The position numbers and the translations under genes are program-made. From Balanoglossus misakiensis (Eukaryota; Animalia; Hemichordata), in NCBI GenBank assembly GCA_040954595.2, contig CM082581.2, forward strand, positions 248,001 through 312,000: a DNA stretch of 64,000 bases, written 5' to 3'. Shown here one piece after another: positions 40,923-53,900 of the stretch. The notes beneath the pieces are model-generated. The model had not been told where the DNA came from, searched no databases, and worked only from the letters and a program-made list of their open reading frames with translations. The stretch's first letter is position 1; every line of letters begins with the position of its first letter.

Positions 40923-42140
40923 TTATCACATGAACTGGCCTGTATAGCCACCAGTGTGACGAAGAACAGGTCGAACAAAAAATCCGAATTTTCCCCTGTT
41001 CTACGTCATCAACCGGAACTATTTTCACTGATTCGCCCGTCGCTATAACTTCCTTGTAAAACGGAATAACAAGTGCATAAACCCGTAGTTGTGCACGATT
41101 GAAATAAAAATGACGGTTCCATGACGGTTGCGAAAGAATATTGCTTGGTAAAAGCAATACGAGAAAGGTAGAATTTGAAAAGTCAACGCTACGATCGTGA
41201 ATGTGTGCTTGCAGCTAGCCAGCCTGGTCGATCCCAAGCGAGCCAGCACACTTGATTTTAGGCTTACGGAAGTTACGAGAATGATTTCGAGCCACCTGAA
41301 CGGGACGACTAACACTCTGTATTCTGTCCACCGGTCAACGAAATGTATAGGACGTGGAAAAACGTCGCAGTTCATTTGTTTGAGAATCGAAAACATTTGT
41401 GTGGGGTTCGAGGATGAGATTCTGTACGAGGGTTGTAGTTTCTGCGGAAACACAACAGCGCTGACTAGCCAGGCCGACGCAAACACAACCTTGAACATCG
41501 TTCCTGCACTAATATTTTTAATATCCTGTCACAATAACGGTTTTAGGATATATGGCAATGGAACTGTAATATTTTTTCATAAAGTTTTACATGAAGCGCG
41601 TCATTTTTTCTGTCAAACTGTGACTTGCAGCATAACTTTGCGGGCGAACTCGACGCGATGACTTGTGTTGACATGTACACAGCGCGAGACGATGATTGAC
41701 AGGCAGAATGTATCAAAATTCTGGCCCATGTGACTGACTCCGCGAATCTGATTGGTAGACAAGACACAAAAGTGTATAAACTTGAAAGTCGATTTCACTT
41801 TATGAATGAAAGGGATTCCATTATTAGCATATCTCGTGGGGGGCACAGATCGTTGCGCAGGGAAAAGAACGTAATCCCGCTAAATAAACTGCAAGGCCGC
41901 TCGAATATTTTAGCAAGATATTGGAATATTTTTATCCTACCTCTTCTAACGAAAATAAGAAGACTGTTCATGTGATAAATATATAATCCCATGACATTTT
42001 TCTTTGTTTAACGTCATCGTATACTCGTGGTTTTCGCGGAGTCGTACAACTTCTGGCCTATGGCACGAAGTTGCACGGCTCCGCAAAAACCACTCGTATA
42101 CGATGACGTCAAACAAAGAAAAATATCATGGGATTATGTA
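40923..42140. mobile_element. 1.2-kb non-autonomous element with asymmetric inverted repeat and terminal ~150-bp hairpin; an interrupted copy lies at 56823-59997
   Basis: TTATCACATGAAC...GTTCATGTGATAA followed by the TATAATCCCATGA...TCATGGGATTAT foldback. Confidence 0.75.
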
Positions 42141-42374
42141 TAAGAACAATTGACCGATGTATGTGAAGATTGACTGGTACCCTGCCTCAGTGACAAACAT
42201 CAAAGAGGCAGGTAAGCACAAACTGCCGTATTTAGAATTGTGGAATCTCATTGGCTAATAAACAAACTTTCTATTACTTCCAGGCTAGAGTCAATCTGTC
42301 ACGTTTCTTGGCAATCATTTTTACCCTTCCTTAATAATCATATTTTAAAAATCGCGACAAGAATGCCCCACGTA

Positions 42375-42450
42375 CTGTTGAGATCAAATTGACATATTTC
42401 TTCACTCAGACTGCTATCTGCTAAATACTGTGAGGACATGTAACGCACAC
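42375..42450 (-). pseudogene. PRKDC: Displaced PRKDC exon fragment from a more C-terminal region
   Basis: tttgcag|GTGTG...; (G)VRYMSSQYLADSSLSEEICQFDLN resembles DNA-PKcs [23 protein letters not shown]. Confidence 0.8.
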
Positions 42451-42559
42451 CTGCAAAGTACATCACCATCAATATCATTGAGAATTGGTTAAGTTTTAAC
42501 CCTTCCCCCCCTTCGGAATGGTCCCCTCTATAGAGGTCCAACTTTACCATCGAAAAAAA

Positions 42560-43160
42560 TCGCATCAAGGACACGGCGGTCCCATTGAGTGATTACAAAG
42601 AAAAAGTCTACACCGGAGTACAGGGCCATATACAGACACACACACACACACATAGCGAGAGATCAATGGGCAAACACTGACTGACCCATAAGCTGCCATG
42701 GCATATGTACTACACATACACTAAATAGAACAGCTGGCCTCTTTAAAACTTAGCCAGTCATGTAATCATTCAGAAATTTGCCGTGTTCATATGAATCACA
42801 GGAGGGGAGTTCCTGCCTAATTAAACCAACTCAATAAAGTAAATACACACCACTTTGCAAAGCAATCTGACCAGTACTTCTTGAGTTACTGAGTTTTGCC
42901 CAAATTCACATTTTTCCAGCTAATTTGCATATTTTTGGCAATGACAACTTCATTTGAACAAACTCCCATCTAGAGCCCAGCCTGCATCAGCACACCAAAT
43001 ATCAAGGTGATACACGCAGCGGTTTACAAGTTTTTGATGTGGACATACAGACATCCATCCATCCATCTATCCATCCATCCATCCATACATACATACACAC
43101 ATACATACAAACGCATCCGATCCCATAAGGTCCCATGGTACATACCAATGGGACCCAAAA
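42560..43160 (+). mobile_element. Helentron/DINE-like non-autonomous element
   Basis: Same termini and internal sequence as 34603-35248. Confidence 0.6.
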
Positions 43161-44777
43161 AACCAACAGTTTATGATGGAAGTGAAGCTAAAATTAATGC
43201 AACTACTGACACAAATGTACGTAAGTTTTACAACAGACATGCGCATTAGACCATTTCCAGAGTGTCAAAAAACTAACACATTACAAAATGGTGGATGGCC
43301 TGTATCTGTGTCTGTCTTCGTGAGGTGTCTTGCTTAGTCACGTGAGACGCAGTGTTCAGCGAATATGTGAAGACAAAAATTTCAGACCCAACCTGAAAAC
43401 AAGTCTGCTGGTCCTAGTAACTTCTCACCAAACACCTAGGTGTAACAATCCAGTGCAGCTAACAGCCAGTCATACCAGTTCATTGCCACTTTGACAGAAA
43501 ATGTCTCTGCCATGCTCTCCATAGTTGGGTGTTTAGAAATCCCAGTCCTGTGTCCAGCCTTTCCACCTCCAGATTCAAATCTGTCAACAATGAACAGTAA
43601 ACAGGACTGAGTAATCACAATTGGTGATGGACTGGATTTCAGCAGAAATGAAAAAAAATGTTCTGAAAGATCAAACAAAGAAATGTGTAAACAGTCAAAC
43701 ATTGTCATCTGTGTCAATCTACTTACAGGTAACATGACTACAGGAGCTTCAGCCAAGCCAAGCTTTTCACTTGGGAGATTATTGAAATCAATTTAAAACT
43801 CAGTAACTCCAACTTCGGGTTATTTTCTCAATACTTTTGTTTTGGTGGTCACCTTTCATTGAACAATGAGTGGGCAAGTGCTCGCTCACTTCTTCAGTGA
43901 ATTTCACTGTTTGTTTATCTTATCATAAAAACTTGGGCACCACAGTCCTTTGGAAAAAAATATTCATGTGTGGTGATTTAAATCAATGATGCAAGAAGCA
44001 GAATTAATCACAGGATTAATGGCTTTTGATTGAAAAATACTAAATGCTTAATATGCCATATGCCGCACACAGAGTGATCACATTAGTCAATTGGACCTCT
44101 GTTCCAAAGGACTAAAATGATTGCAACGTTTTAATATTATATTTATTTTACAAAAACTTGCATCTGAGCTTTACTTTAAAATACTTCCATTTACTAGTAG
44201 TACAAGTACACATCAGTTAACATTGACAGCTAGGCGTGATGTCATAGATGTAGGACTTCAAAATTGACATTCTATACAGTGGGGGCGCTCTATCATAGTA
44301 GGTTTTAATGAACATGTGTATTTAATTTCGTGAATCAGATATATCGATGAAAACTGCGTATTTTCACATACGCTTATAGTTAAGGCATTTGCTGTATCTA
44401 GTCACATTACAGTAATACACCAGACATGTTCTTTTACTCAACTCAATGTATGTAAGTTCAATTTCTGACACACTCAGATTACCCAAGTCCATGTGACCAA
44501 CTCTATTGCAAGTATACAGACTTGAACTCCAGAAAACTAGTCACCTACAATACTTGAACTGGAGCCACATCCAAAACTTGACTTTGAGATCTTTTATCAA
44601 ATAAGTTTTCCTTTTAGAATTAGAATTCCCATGCAATTTTTGTGACAGAAGAAATAAAGATATTCCCAGAAAAAAAAAACAGTTTTCTCTTTAAAGATCC
44701 AACCTTACTATAGAAAACAAACGGGTTTAGACTGAACCATGGTGGTGATAGGGTTAAGCCAGAGCATGTATCAAAAT

Positions 44778-44945
44778 ACAGTAAAACCTGTCTCAACCGA
44801 ACCCTGTTGGGAAACCTGTCTATTCCAAAGACATTGTTCAAACCCTTTGACATGGAACCACATGTTGAAAGAACCTCTTTAAATTGGACACCTGCAATCT
44901 GAACAATTTCTTCAGTCCCTTTGGTGTTAGACGGGTTTGACTGTA
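44778..44945. mobile_element. Tigger/pogo-like MITE (CAGT...ACTG, TA TSD); a related element lies at ~45400-45586
   Basis: taCAGTAAAACCTGTCT...AGACGGGTTTGACTGta. Confidence 0.65.
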
Positions 44946-45726
44946 CTTGAAAGTGCAATTGAACAAAAATGCTAAAACTATAATTGCAGACAGTCAGTAT
45001 ATTTAGGCTGGGCATTATCTACATAGTTCCCAGAGTCAATAATGTCACAGTATTCCATTTCTCTATGTACTAAATTGTCATAAAACATTGCTATGCAGTC
45101 ATATTACCCTTCCAAGACGCGAACACGAGGCCAGTCGGTTACAGAGTAAAAACTTGAGAGTCTTGTGTATCAACACTATAGTTGGGACTTATGTTCGACA
45201 GCCACATTTTATTGTAAGGTCAGTTTTACACGCAACTTGTATCATGTATAAAACAAACTAGATGAGCTCGAGCAGTACTCTACTGACCGCCTTTTTCACA
45301 TTGTCTGCATTGAGATGACACTTAATTTTGGAAGGCTGCCCTCTTTATGAAAAATGTCATGATTGTGTTACACGTAAAACAGACAGAAATCAACACAACA
45401 GCTGTCAAACCTGCTCATTATGGCTAGTGAAGGGACTTTTCTAAACTGGCCTTTATAGATAGGTGGCCATTATACCTTGTAGAAAAGTCAATTAATGTAG
45501 TTGTAAATTGCACAGGGACTAGAATAAAGTGGCCACTATATAGAGGTGGCTGCCTAATGGAGGTGGCCACTAACAGGTTTGACTGTATGTTGATCTGTGT
45601 CATGAATAGCAGACATTTACCAATGACTGATTGTACAATATATGATTTCAGTGTCACATATACATGTATAAGACACTAAGTACAAACCCATACATCTTAC
45701 TTTCTCTCCAAATTGTAGATACTCAC

Positions 45727-45838
45727 AAACGCATGTATGTTGAATCCTGGTCTGCAACCACACTCTGGTAACTGGTTGGTGTGTTGCAACCTACTTGTTG
45801 GCATGGTGACAAACCAGCTTGATCGCACTCATTGTCAT
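45727..45838 (-). pseudogene. Frameshifted cbEGF exon
   Basis: DDNECDQAGLSPCQQVGCNTPTSYQ, then after 2 extra bases CGCRPGFNIHAF. Confidence 0.75.
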
Positions 45839-45956
45839 CTGCGGGGAAAACACAAATATCATAAAATGTGTTAGAATGAATACATGTGAATTACAGTTTT
45901 CTTTGAGTACACATTTGAAAATATACAACAAGAGAGCAAAATTGTGTGAAACTTAA

Positions 45957-46565
45957 AGGGGAAATCCGTTGTAGCTGATTTCTACATAATTTGGTAGCTT
46001 TGATGTCACTCTTTCAGAAAAAAACATATTCGCCATGTATAGGTCACGCGATTTTTTACAAAATCTAGGGAAAGTTGGCAGAATTTCCAATATGGCGTTT
46101 ACTGTAATTTGAATCATGGGAAAAAAAGCGCCAGGACCAACTTCCGCCCACCATGGTGTGGGTGATACCATTCTCCGATAGGTGTCACTGGGCGACAGAC
46201 TAGGCGTATTTTCATAGCTATTGTTTGTTCTTTGCATCAGTTGATAAACAATCATCAGCAAAGTCGAAAATTTGTCATCTATTGACAGTTTTCATGAGCT
46301 ATAACCCATCGAAAATATGCAAATACGCTTAGCTTGTGACGCAGTGACACCAATCGGAAAATGGTATCACCCACACTAAGGTGGGCGGAAGTTGGTCCTG
46401 GCGCTTTTTTTCCCATGATTCAAATTACAGTAAACGCCATATTGGAACTTTCTCTAGATTTTGTAAAAAATCGCGCGACCTATACATGGCGAATATGTTT
46501 TTTTCTGAAAGAGTGACATCAAAGCTACCAAATTATGTAGAAATCAGCTACGACGGATTTCCCCT
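45957..46565. mobile_element. Foldback MITE with long TIRs, TTAA TSD, AGGGG termini (Kolobok-like)
   Basis: ttaa|AGGGGAAATCCGT...ACGGATTTCCCCT|ttaa; mirror-image ORFs on both strands. Confidence 0.85.
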
Positions 46566-48241
46566 TTAATAAATATCATCTGGCATATAACTTGGTCATT
46601 ACATATGTTTATCTGTACCAGTACTGTATACTGATAAACAAACAATGTAGTAACCACATTAAATTTAACAAGGTAGTGTTTAAAAGCCAAAAATATCATG
46701 CACGAGACAACAAACTCGTTTTTTTTGGCTCCGAAGTGTAAACAAGGGAGTCTGTCAAGTTGGGTATGAGCTACTACCGTCTGTCAAACTACTTCCGTCC
46801 GTCAAGAATTCATACCATTTTCTAGCTTTATGTTTTTGGCGGTGGTGTGTAGCTTTGAGGTGTTGCGGAAGAATTGGAACAGGGACAGAAATCGGAACGG
46901 ATTAGCCAGCAGTGTTTTTGCTACCCGCGAGAAAAAAATTTGGCGAGACAATTTTCATACAAATTAGTCAAACTTGCGAAGCACTGCTATCTAACATCGT
47001 CGTTTGTTTTGACATGATCAACTTGCCATGATCAGTGCACTACAATGCGTGAAAGTGGACCGCTGTTCTGTTCATTGATCATCACCCCCTTGTATCATGA
47101 ACATTGTAAGGCAATCCATTGAATTCAGCTCTTTCAGCTAGTGGCCGCACTCGCTTGATTTCCTGTGTGTGTCTCTGGGGACACAAATAATGCATATGCG
47201 TCTTTTTCTAATTTGCATATTTTGAATGGGTTAGGTGTGCCCTGACTTGAATGCATCAAGCGTACAGGTTGTTATGGAAGTTTCTTTTTAGAACCACTAG
47301 TGTTAGTCTGTGGGCCCAACCATCAAAAAAAGGTTCTAGAAATGTTATTATGTTGTATAGGAGTTTTGTTCTACATGAAATTAGCTTGAAATGACGGGTG
47401 GGAAACTATTGATGTGAAATCAGGTCACTTCTAGCGAAAATGATGGACCAGAGAGCAATGACTATTTTAATTTATTTCATATACTATGTTCACAACTGCT
47501 ATGCACCCATAAACTGGGGAAACTAAATGATTGAACTTTCTGTTTGAACAATTCATGTATTTTTTTTGCTACCACCTACACTACTATAGTCAGCACATGA
47601 AAGTATATACTTGAATATGGAGAAATTTTATCAAAACACTTCAGCTGATCTTGAATGCTGTCTGATATTTTTTTTTCCAAATGTATTTCTTTCACTTTTA
47701 GACTAGTACTTCTAAGCACTGTTTTTTTTCAAAACACATTTCTCATAGCTCGCACTGGTGCAATTTGATACGACATACACAATGAATTCCATCAGTATAA
47801 CATAATATACAGAATCTGAGAGGGAAATGACAATATATTTGTGTGAGGCCATTTGTGAGTGCAGGCCATTTTTAAGACTTAATTTAAAACAGTTATTAGA
47901 GCCCAGGACAAGTGGTTTTTCCCCCTGTCAAGCACCTACCTTATCAGGCTGCATTTAATATTACATGAGCAAATCAGTTCAGCATTTCACTGTGGTGTTT
48001 GCACTGTTCTCCAAACATTCTGCTCGTCATCCACTACACACTGAGAGAGCACCAAGTGTCCTTGACGCTATATTTTTAATTTCTAACTATGGAAAGTGCC
48101 TGATAACTTTAAATTATTTTCTTTTTTAACATGGTGACTGGCTGTAATCTCTGCAACTTACAACTTCTGTAAGCACCCTTTTGTGGCAGGAAATGCAAAG
48201 CCATTGTTAGCCTATACCCTCCCCACTCAAAAAAAACTTAC

Positions 48242-48361
48242 CTAAACAATTGACATGATCCGCACTCAGAGAAAAACCATCATCACCACAACTACAGCTG
48301 AATCCACCCTCTGCATTGTGACAACCTCCAGCACAAACAGAATCTGAACACTCATTCACAT
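48242..48361 (-). CDS. Calcium-binding EGF exon (phase 1-1), intact
   Basis: DVNECSDSVCAGGCHNAEGGFSCSCGDDGFSLSADHVNCL with canonical splice sites. Confidence 0.85.
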
Positions 48362-50059
48362 CTGAAAATAGAAAACAAAAACATCCATTGTAATTATTCA
48401 AGTCAATACCTATCCTCCCTTCCTTTGAAATTTTCTTAAATTGAACAAATTCACATGGCTTTGAAATTAAGTATTAACAGTGATATTTCTAATATTTCTA
48501 ACAGGCCTGACTTTTCTAAACTTTCAGTTTCTTTGTGGATTTGTAGAAATGATGTACAAACTGAGCTGTCAGGTCATAACTGTTTGTGCTTTGGCATGAA
48601 CACATATCCCAGAATGCCCTACAGGGTTGGCAAAGAAATTGATAAACTCTTCACCTAAAATTTCAAACTCGTAGATCTTAATTATATAGATTCTCACACT
48701 CCTGGCATGCTGAGAGTGTGGGATCAGAGTGTAAGAACAAATCAATCCCACACACTCACTGAATCGAAAGCTGTATATGACGCGAGCGCTGATTGGATGA
48801 CAAAGCGATTTTTAATAACGTGCGCTAAATGTTATCCAATGACAGGATAAAGAAACTACAACATGCCAGATGACAACTCAAGAGTCATTTATTCAATGTT
48901 TTAAGACGAATTTGGCTAATTTGTGCCCGTGTGAGAAATATAATCTCATACACAAAGGACCTAGGATCATATTTCCCACACTTGTCAGGGATATTTTGTC
49001 CCACATTCGCCTGCGGCTCGTGTGGGACAGAAAATCCCCAACTCATGTCAGAATTATGACAACTAGTCCTTGGGAGTGTGAGATTCTATTAATCTCACAA
49101 CCTTAGGACCTTGGATAAGATTTCTCAGATGAGTTGGTGATATTTTTGCTTGTGTTAGTCAACATATACCTGATAAGTGTAAAAAATTGCGTCAAGGACA
49201 CAGTGGTCCCATTCAGTCTACACGGAGTACATATACACAGTCAGATCGCACGGTGCTCATTTGCATATGAAAGTTCATCAAGCGAGCGACCGTTAACTTT
49301 CAAACAGACTGCAATAGACCAATTTTCAATGTGATTTTCAACTTGATTTTTATGCTCTGTTGTGCAATAAAATACCATGTTAGCTGGATAAATTACGAAA
49401 GTGATTCCCATTTTTCACTGCAGACGTAAATTTTATGAAAATCTGTCGGTAATAGTAGAAGTTTTTAACGTGTTTTCAGTGGTATGTTGGTGACCCCGAA
49501 AGAGACATCCATAAACGTGTCAAAAAGCATTTGAAAACGACCTCGGAAGTTAACCAAACTTTCCTGACAGAGAGGTCTAATATCGGTCCCGACATCCATG
49601 AAAAGAAATTAATTCGAAATGCTTGTGTAACAGTCTGCTTAAAAATAATCGATGTCGTTCAACGATATGACCCGGAAGTATACGTTGACCTCTCCGGCTC
49701 CATGTTAGCCTTGTAAATACAGAAGTGTTGCGTTGATCGTGAAACGATACGTTTACCGTGGGGAAAACAGCTTTTGAAAGGCAATTCTTAAGTAAAACAG
49801 TTACTGGATAATGTATAACACCCTAAGGTAACGTATTAGCCAAGTTTTAACTTAATTACTAGCCTGATTTCAATACAACATCGATCTATCGCCTACAAAT
49901 GTAGGTCCCATATGGACAGAATGCCAGGTTTACCATACATGACTACGTACGTGTGAGGAGCTCAGCTGGTGTATTTTTTTTCTCTGTATCGTGGCCTGGG
50001 ATATTAGTAGACATTTCGAGAATGCAAAATGCCAACTGTAACTTCAAAACCATTTCCCT

Positions 50060-50990
50060 TTATTCGCTGATGATATATGCAATAAATATTTGTGTCTGAA
50101 GGCAAGCAATTTCTGTTGTCATCATTGCATTGGGCTGAACAGGACAGAGTTTGAGCTGATCAGCTGACTCCAAGTTTCGATTTGGAACATACAATTTGAT
50201 CATATCAGACAGATATGATGGTCCAAGTCTATGAATGAATTCAAAAATAAGAAATAAAATCTTGAAAACAATACGATCAGACACAGGTAACCAATGCAAC
50301 TGAAATTGCATTGATGTAAAAGGTGATTTTGGAACTAGCAGCAATATTTTGAACTTGAATACGGCTGATCTAGTACTTAGGGAGCCCAAATAAAAGTGAA
50401 TTACATGAATCTATTCGAAATGCAACAAAAGAAGGAACTTTATTGCTCTGTGGCGGCTTGAGATAAATATTTACAGACAAGTGCAATATGCTGCAAATGA
50501 AAAGCGACTGAATGGCAGATCTGTGCAATCATTGTCAGACAATGAACAGGTTTCAGAGCATCACATGCATTTCTGTAATCCCTCTGGCAGATAGATTACC
50601 CGAAGTAGCAGAAAAAATAACAAATTCAGTCTTATCGTTATTTCAACACAAGATATTTTCAGACATTCAGTACCGACATCGGAAATACAATGTTCTAGAT
50701 TTGAAAGCATTCTGGGAGCATTCTTCTTGGTAAAAGACAATGAAGAGCCATCTGCATAAAAGCTATGTACAGGCATCCATGACTAGAAACTAATTCACCT
50801 AATGGAGAAGTGTACATATTAAAAAGTATAGGACAAAGAACTGATCCCTGTGTTACCCCAGTGTCAAGCGGATAAAATGGTGATTGTTTGGAACACGGTT
50901 ACAGTAACCATGTCTGAAATTAACACATACACACAGGGTGCGATTGGAAAGGTATGACTGAAACCACAATAGGGCTGCAACCCACAAAAG
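50060..50990 (-). mobile_element. Degraded CR1/L2 LINE RT fragments inside the Academ element
   Basis: LLWFQSYLSNR, QGSVL.PILF, HSFYADG, LHWLPVSDRIVFKILFL...GPSYLSD. Confidence 0.75.
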
Positions 50991-53900
50991 ACCAATCAAT
51001 TTCATTGATGATTCATTAAATGTCATCACAGTCACCATCATTGGAATCACAATCACCATTCTTTGAATTATCAGTTTGTTTTTCTTCCGTCCAGTTATAT
51101 TCATCAGTCAGTTCGTCAAAGTCAGAATCAGTCTCGTAAATATTTCCCTCTTCTTCTCTTAAAATGTCAAATTCATGTGACTCCTCCTGTAAAATTGCAT
51201 CAATGCTATTTTCCATATTATGATGTTCAGTATCAGTGATTGGTGATGGTGATTCTAATAGTGGTGACTTATCTGTATATTTTGGGCATACCCCATACTT
51301 TTTCGATGTGGTACAGAATCCAGGGTTCCCATTATGTGGATTACTGGAGTCATTGCCTTGACACGCAGGGCCACAACCATTGTGGGTCTTATAACATTTA
51401 CAACAACTGCTATTACAAGTTGGCATCTTTTTGCAGCCACACCCTTTTGTTAGCAACTCCAAATTATTTTTCACTTTTTCTAAATTGGCATCACTGTCCC
51501 AAATAATATCAAGTTCGCCGTTGCTTAGTCTGTATCCATAATTATTGAATAAGGGAAACGTAACATGGCACTGATCGGCCTGGGACCATTACTGAGAGAC
51601 CCAGCATGATCTTTTCCAGTGCAGTTGTAGGGCTTCAAAGGAAGGGATACATTCTTCCTCATACTGGATACGTGGCCAAATTGTTTCTCGTATATATGTA
51701 AGCCATTTGATGTGGTTATCTGTAAGACTGTTAGTGACACTGGCTACTTGTCGATAAAGTTCAAAAAGATGAGATGCATCAAATGCTTGGAAATGTTTCT
51801 TAACATAAACACTACCTTTTAAACGTATGAAAGCGAAAATTCCATTCCCTACACTGTCTACTGTTGTGTCTATCAGTGTTCCAGGTATAAGGGTGCCACT
51901 AGTTATAAACTCAGGGTATTGAAAAAATGTCTTGTAGAAAGATATCTTTCCGATGCCTGCAAAGTATAGTCACAACCTGTGCATATGAACACTGTTTGAA
52001 ATATTTTGCCTACATATTGGAGGGGAATATGTTGCAAATAAGGGTCTTAATTTAAATCTGATTTGAATTGATTCATGTCTAAATAAGTGAGATTGGATAA
52101 ATCATTATCCAGTTGTACAAATATCTCCTTTTGAACATGTTGATATAGTACTGGGAGGAGAACATGATAAGTATCGGTATCAGGGGGGTAAATAACACCT
52201 TTCTTGTAAGAGGACTGAACTGCATGAAGGATGCATCTACTGTCAGCTTCTTCATGACAACTTTTGGCTTCCCACTCAGACACAATTCCATTACTACCGA
52301 CGAAAAGACTCTTGTCCCTATTTTCCCCATCAAAGCCACCTGCTGTAATGAGGACATGATCACCTTGCAGAGCCGGTACAATTATTTTTAAAGATGTGGC
52401 TGACAAGAAGTTCACTAGTTTTCTCTTGTTTGGCCTACAATTAATGTATGTTTTGAGCTAATATTATTGATTTCCTATTTTTTATGCATTTGTTTGTATT
52501 TTTCCATGTTATTGGTAAAAAGTCTTCATTTCTGAAAGTGATGGGCTTACTTCTTTTAAATTTAGTATGAAGCTTCGCAATTGTTGTCTGAGTAACCATA
52601 GTTTTGTTCAAATTGTTGTAAAATTTGCATATTTATAATTTTGAGCAATATTTGGCATTTTTGGTCAATTTTTTTTTTCTGTAAAACCGTATGCCGGATT
52701 ACTTTGCAATTTGGTAGGCATGTTCGTAGGTGTAACCCAAATAATATGTTGTAAAAAATGTGATATTTTCATAAATGTGTTATCGGGGAAACTTTTGCAA
52801 TTTTTGTAAAAAATTGTTTTCCTGAAACTGCTTGTCATATTGCATTGAACTTTGGCAGCATGTTCCTTGTAGTGGTTGAAGTAAGGTATTGTACAATTTT
52901 GTGTTTTTGCCACTTTTGAACAAATATTTTGTTGTGAAACTGCTTGTTGATTGCTTTGAAATTTGTTTTTTCTCTGATTGCTTTGAAATTTAGGATATAA
53001 TTTCATAACACATACATGTATATGTGCAACTTTTATTCAATTCTGATATCAGAAATATTCAATATTTAGCGAGTTTTTTCTCCTAAACCAATTGTCCAGT
53101 TGTTTTGAAAGTTACTGTTTACAAGGAGTTGTTACCCCCAACTTAGACATGTTTACATAACTTCAATAAGCCAGCTGTTAGAGAGACCATGGGCTATTAA
53201 ATTGTTTATTACTAGTGGCAGGTCAGTGTGTGTGTCTGTCTGTCTGTCTGTTTCTGAGCTGACTGAAAGAAGTTGCTTCTCATATGTGTTTGCACAGGCA
53301 ATTTTTGGTCAATTTTTTTTCTAGCACTACTTGTAAGACTGTCATGACACATGACAATTTATTGGGCATGTTCCTTGTTAATTTTTTTTACATTCCATAT
53401 TTCTATATCGTAAGATCATATCTGCTTGCAATGTCACCTGTAATTTTTATTCTGGTGTGTCACTGTTTCCGCATAATCCTCAAATGGGACCACAGTGTCC
53501 TTGACGCTATTCTTTGCTGTGTCATCTGAAAATATATTAGTTAGCTCCCTGGCGGTATTAAGTGGTGAAAATACATCAGCACCTTCAAGACAATTGATAT
53601 ACAACCTGCAGTTTGACTCATGTATTTTATGTACACTAACTGAATTATGGGTTTCATTTTAGAAAGAAAATAACTGATCTTTTAGATTCTTGGCAGCCAT
53701 AGCTTTATAGGGTAAATAAATTGCTATTCTCTCCATTAACCCACCTGTAGAAGTATGCAATGCAGCTTTAACATCTTTATTGACGCACATTTCATGGGCT
53801 TCATCTAGTGCTACATTAACCCAAGTTGAGCCTGACAAATTGCAAACAAAACCACCTGCTTTGAAATGTCACAACAGAGAGTTTGGCATCTTCAGAAGGT

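Larger units (their letters stand above)
11043..43580 (-). pseudogene. PRKDC: Internal fragment of DNA-dependent protein kinase catalytic subunit (HEAT region). Exons: 43393-43580, 39980-40209, 37731-37857, 36979-37073, ~36659-36756, 35586-35747, 33251-33500, 15639-15774, 11043-11200
   Basis: Translations follow DNA-PKcs order: WYDWLLAALDCY; SSLFKSLEFFL...FTPREMESYNKSECTIIVRL; DPTSLGFDMGDVEVINNLP; QLHKANLL; ISTILNGLLDH; ILSNWNLLKSWW...LLKKLLQIDSK; HVAFKPVFEMY. In-frame TAG (43436), two TGA in the 37.0-kb exon, frameshifts in the 37.8-kb and 33.4-kb exons. Confidence 0.9.

Noticed and set aside
45953-46569. Matching ORFs on opposite strands
   Set aside because: They result from the long TIRs of a foldback MITE.
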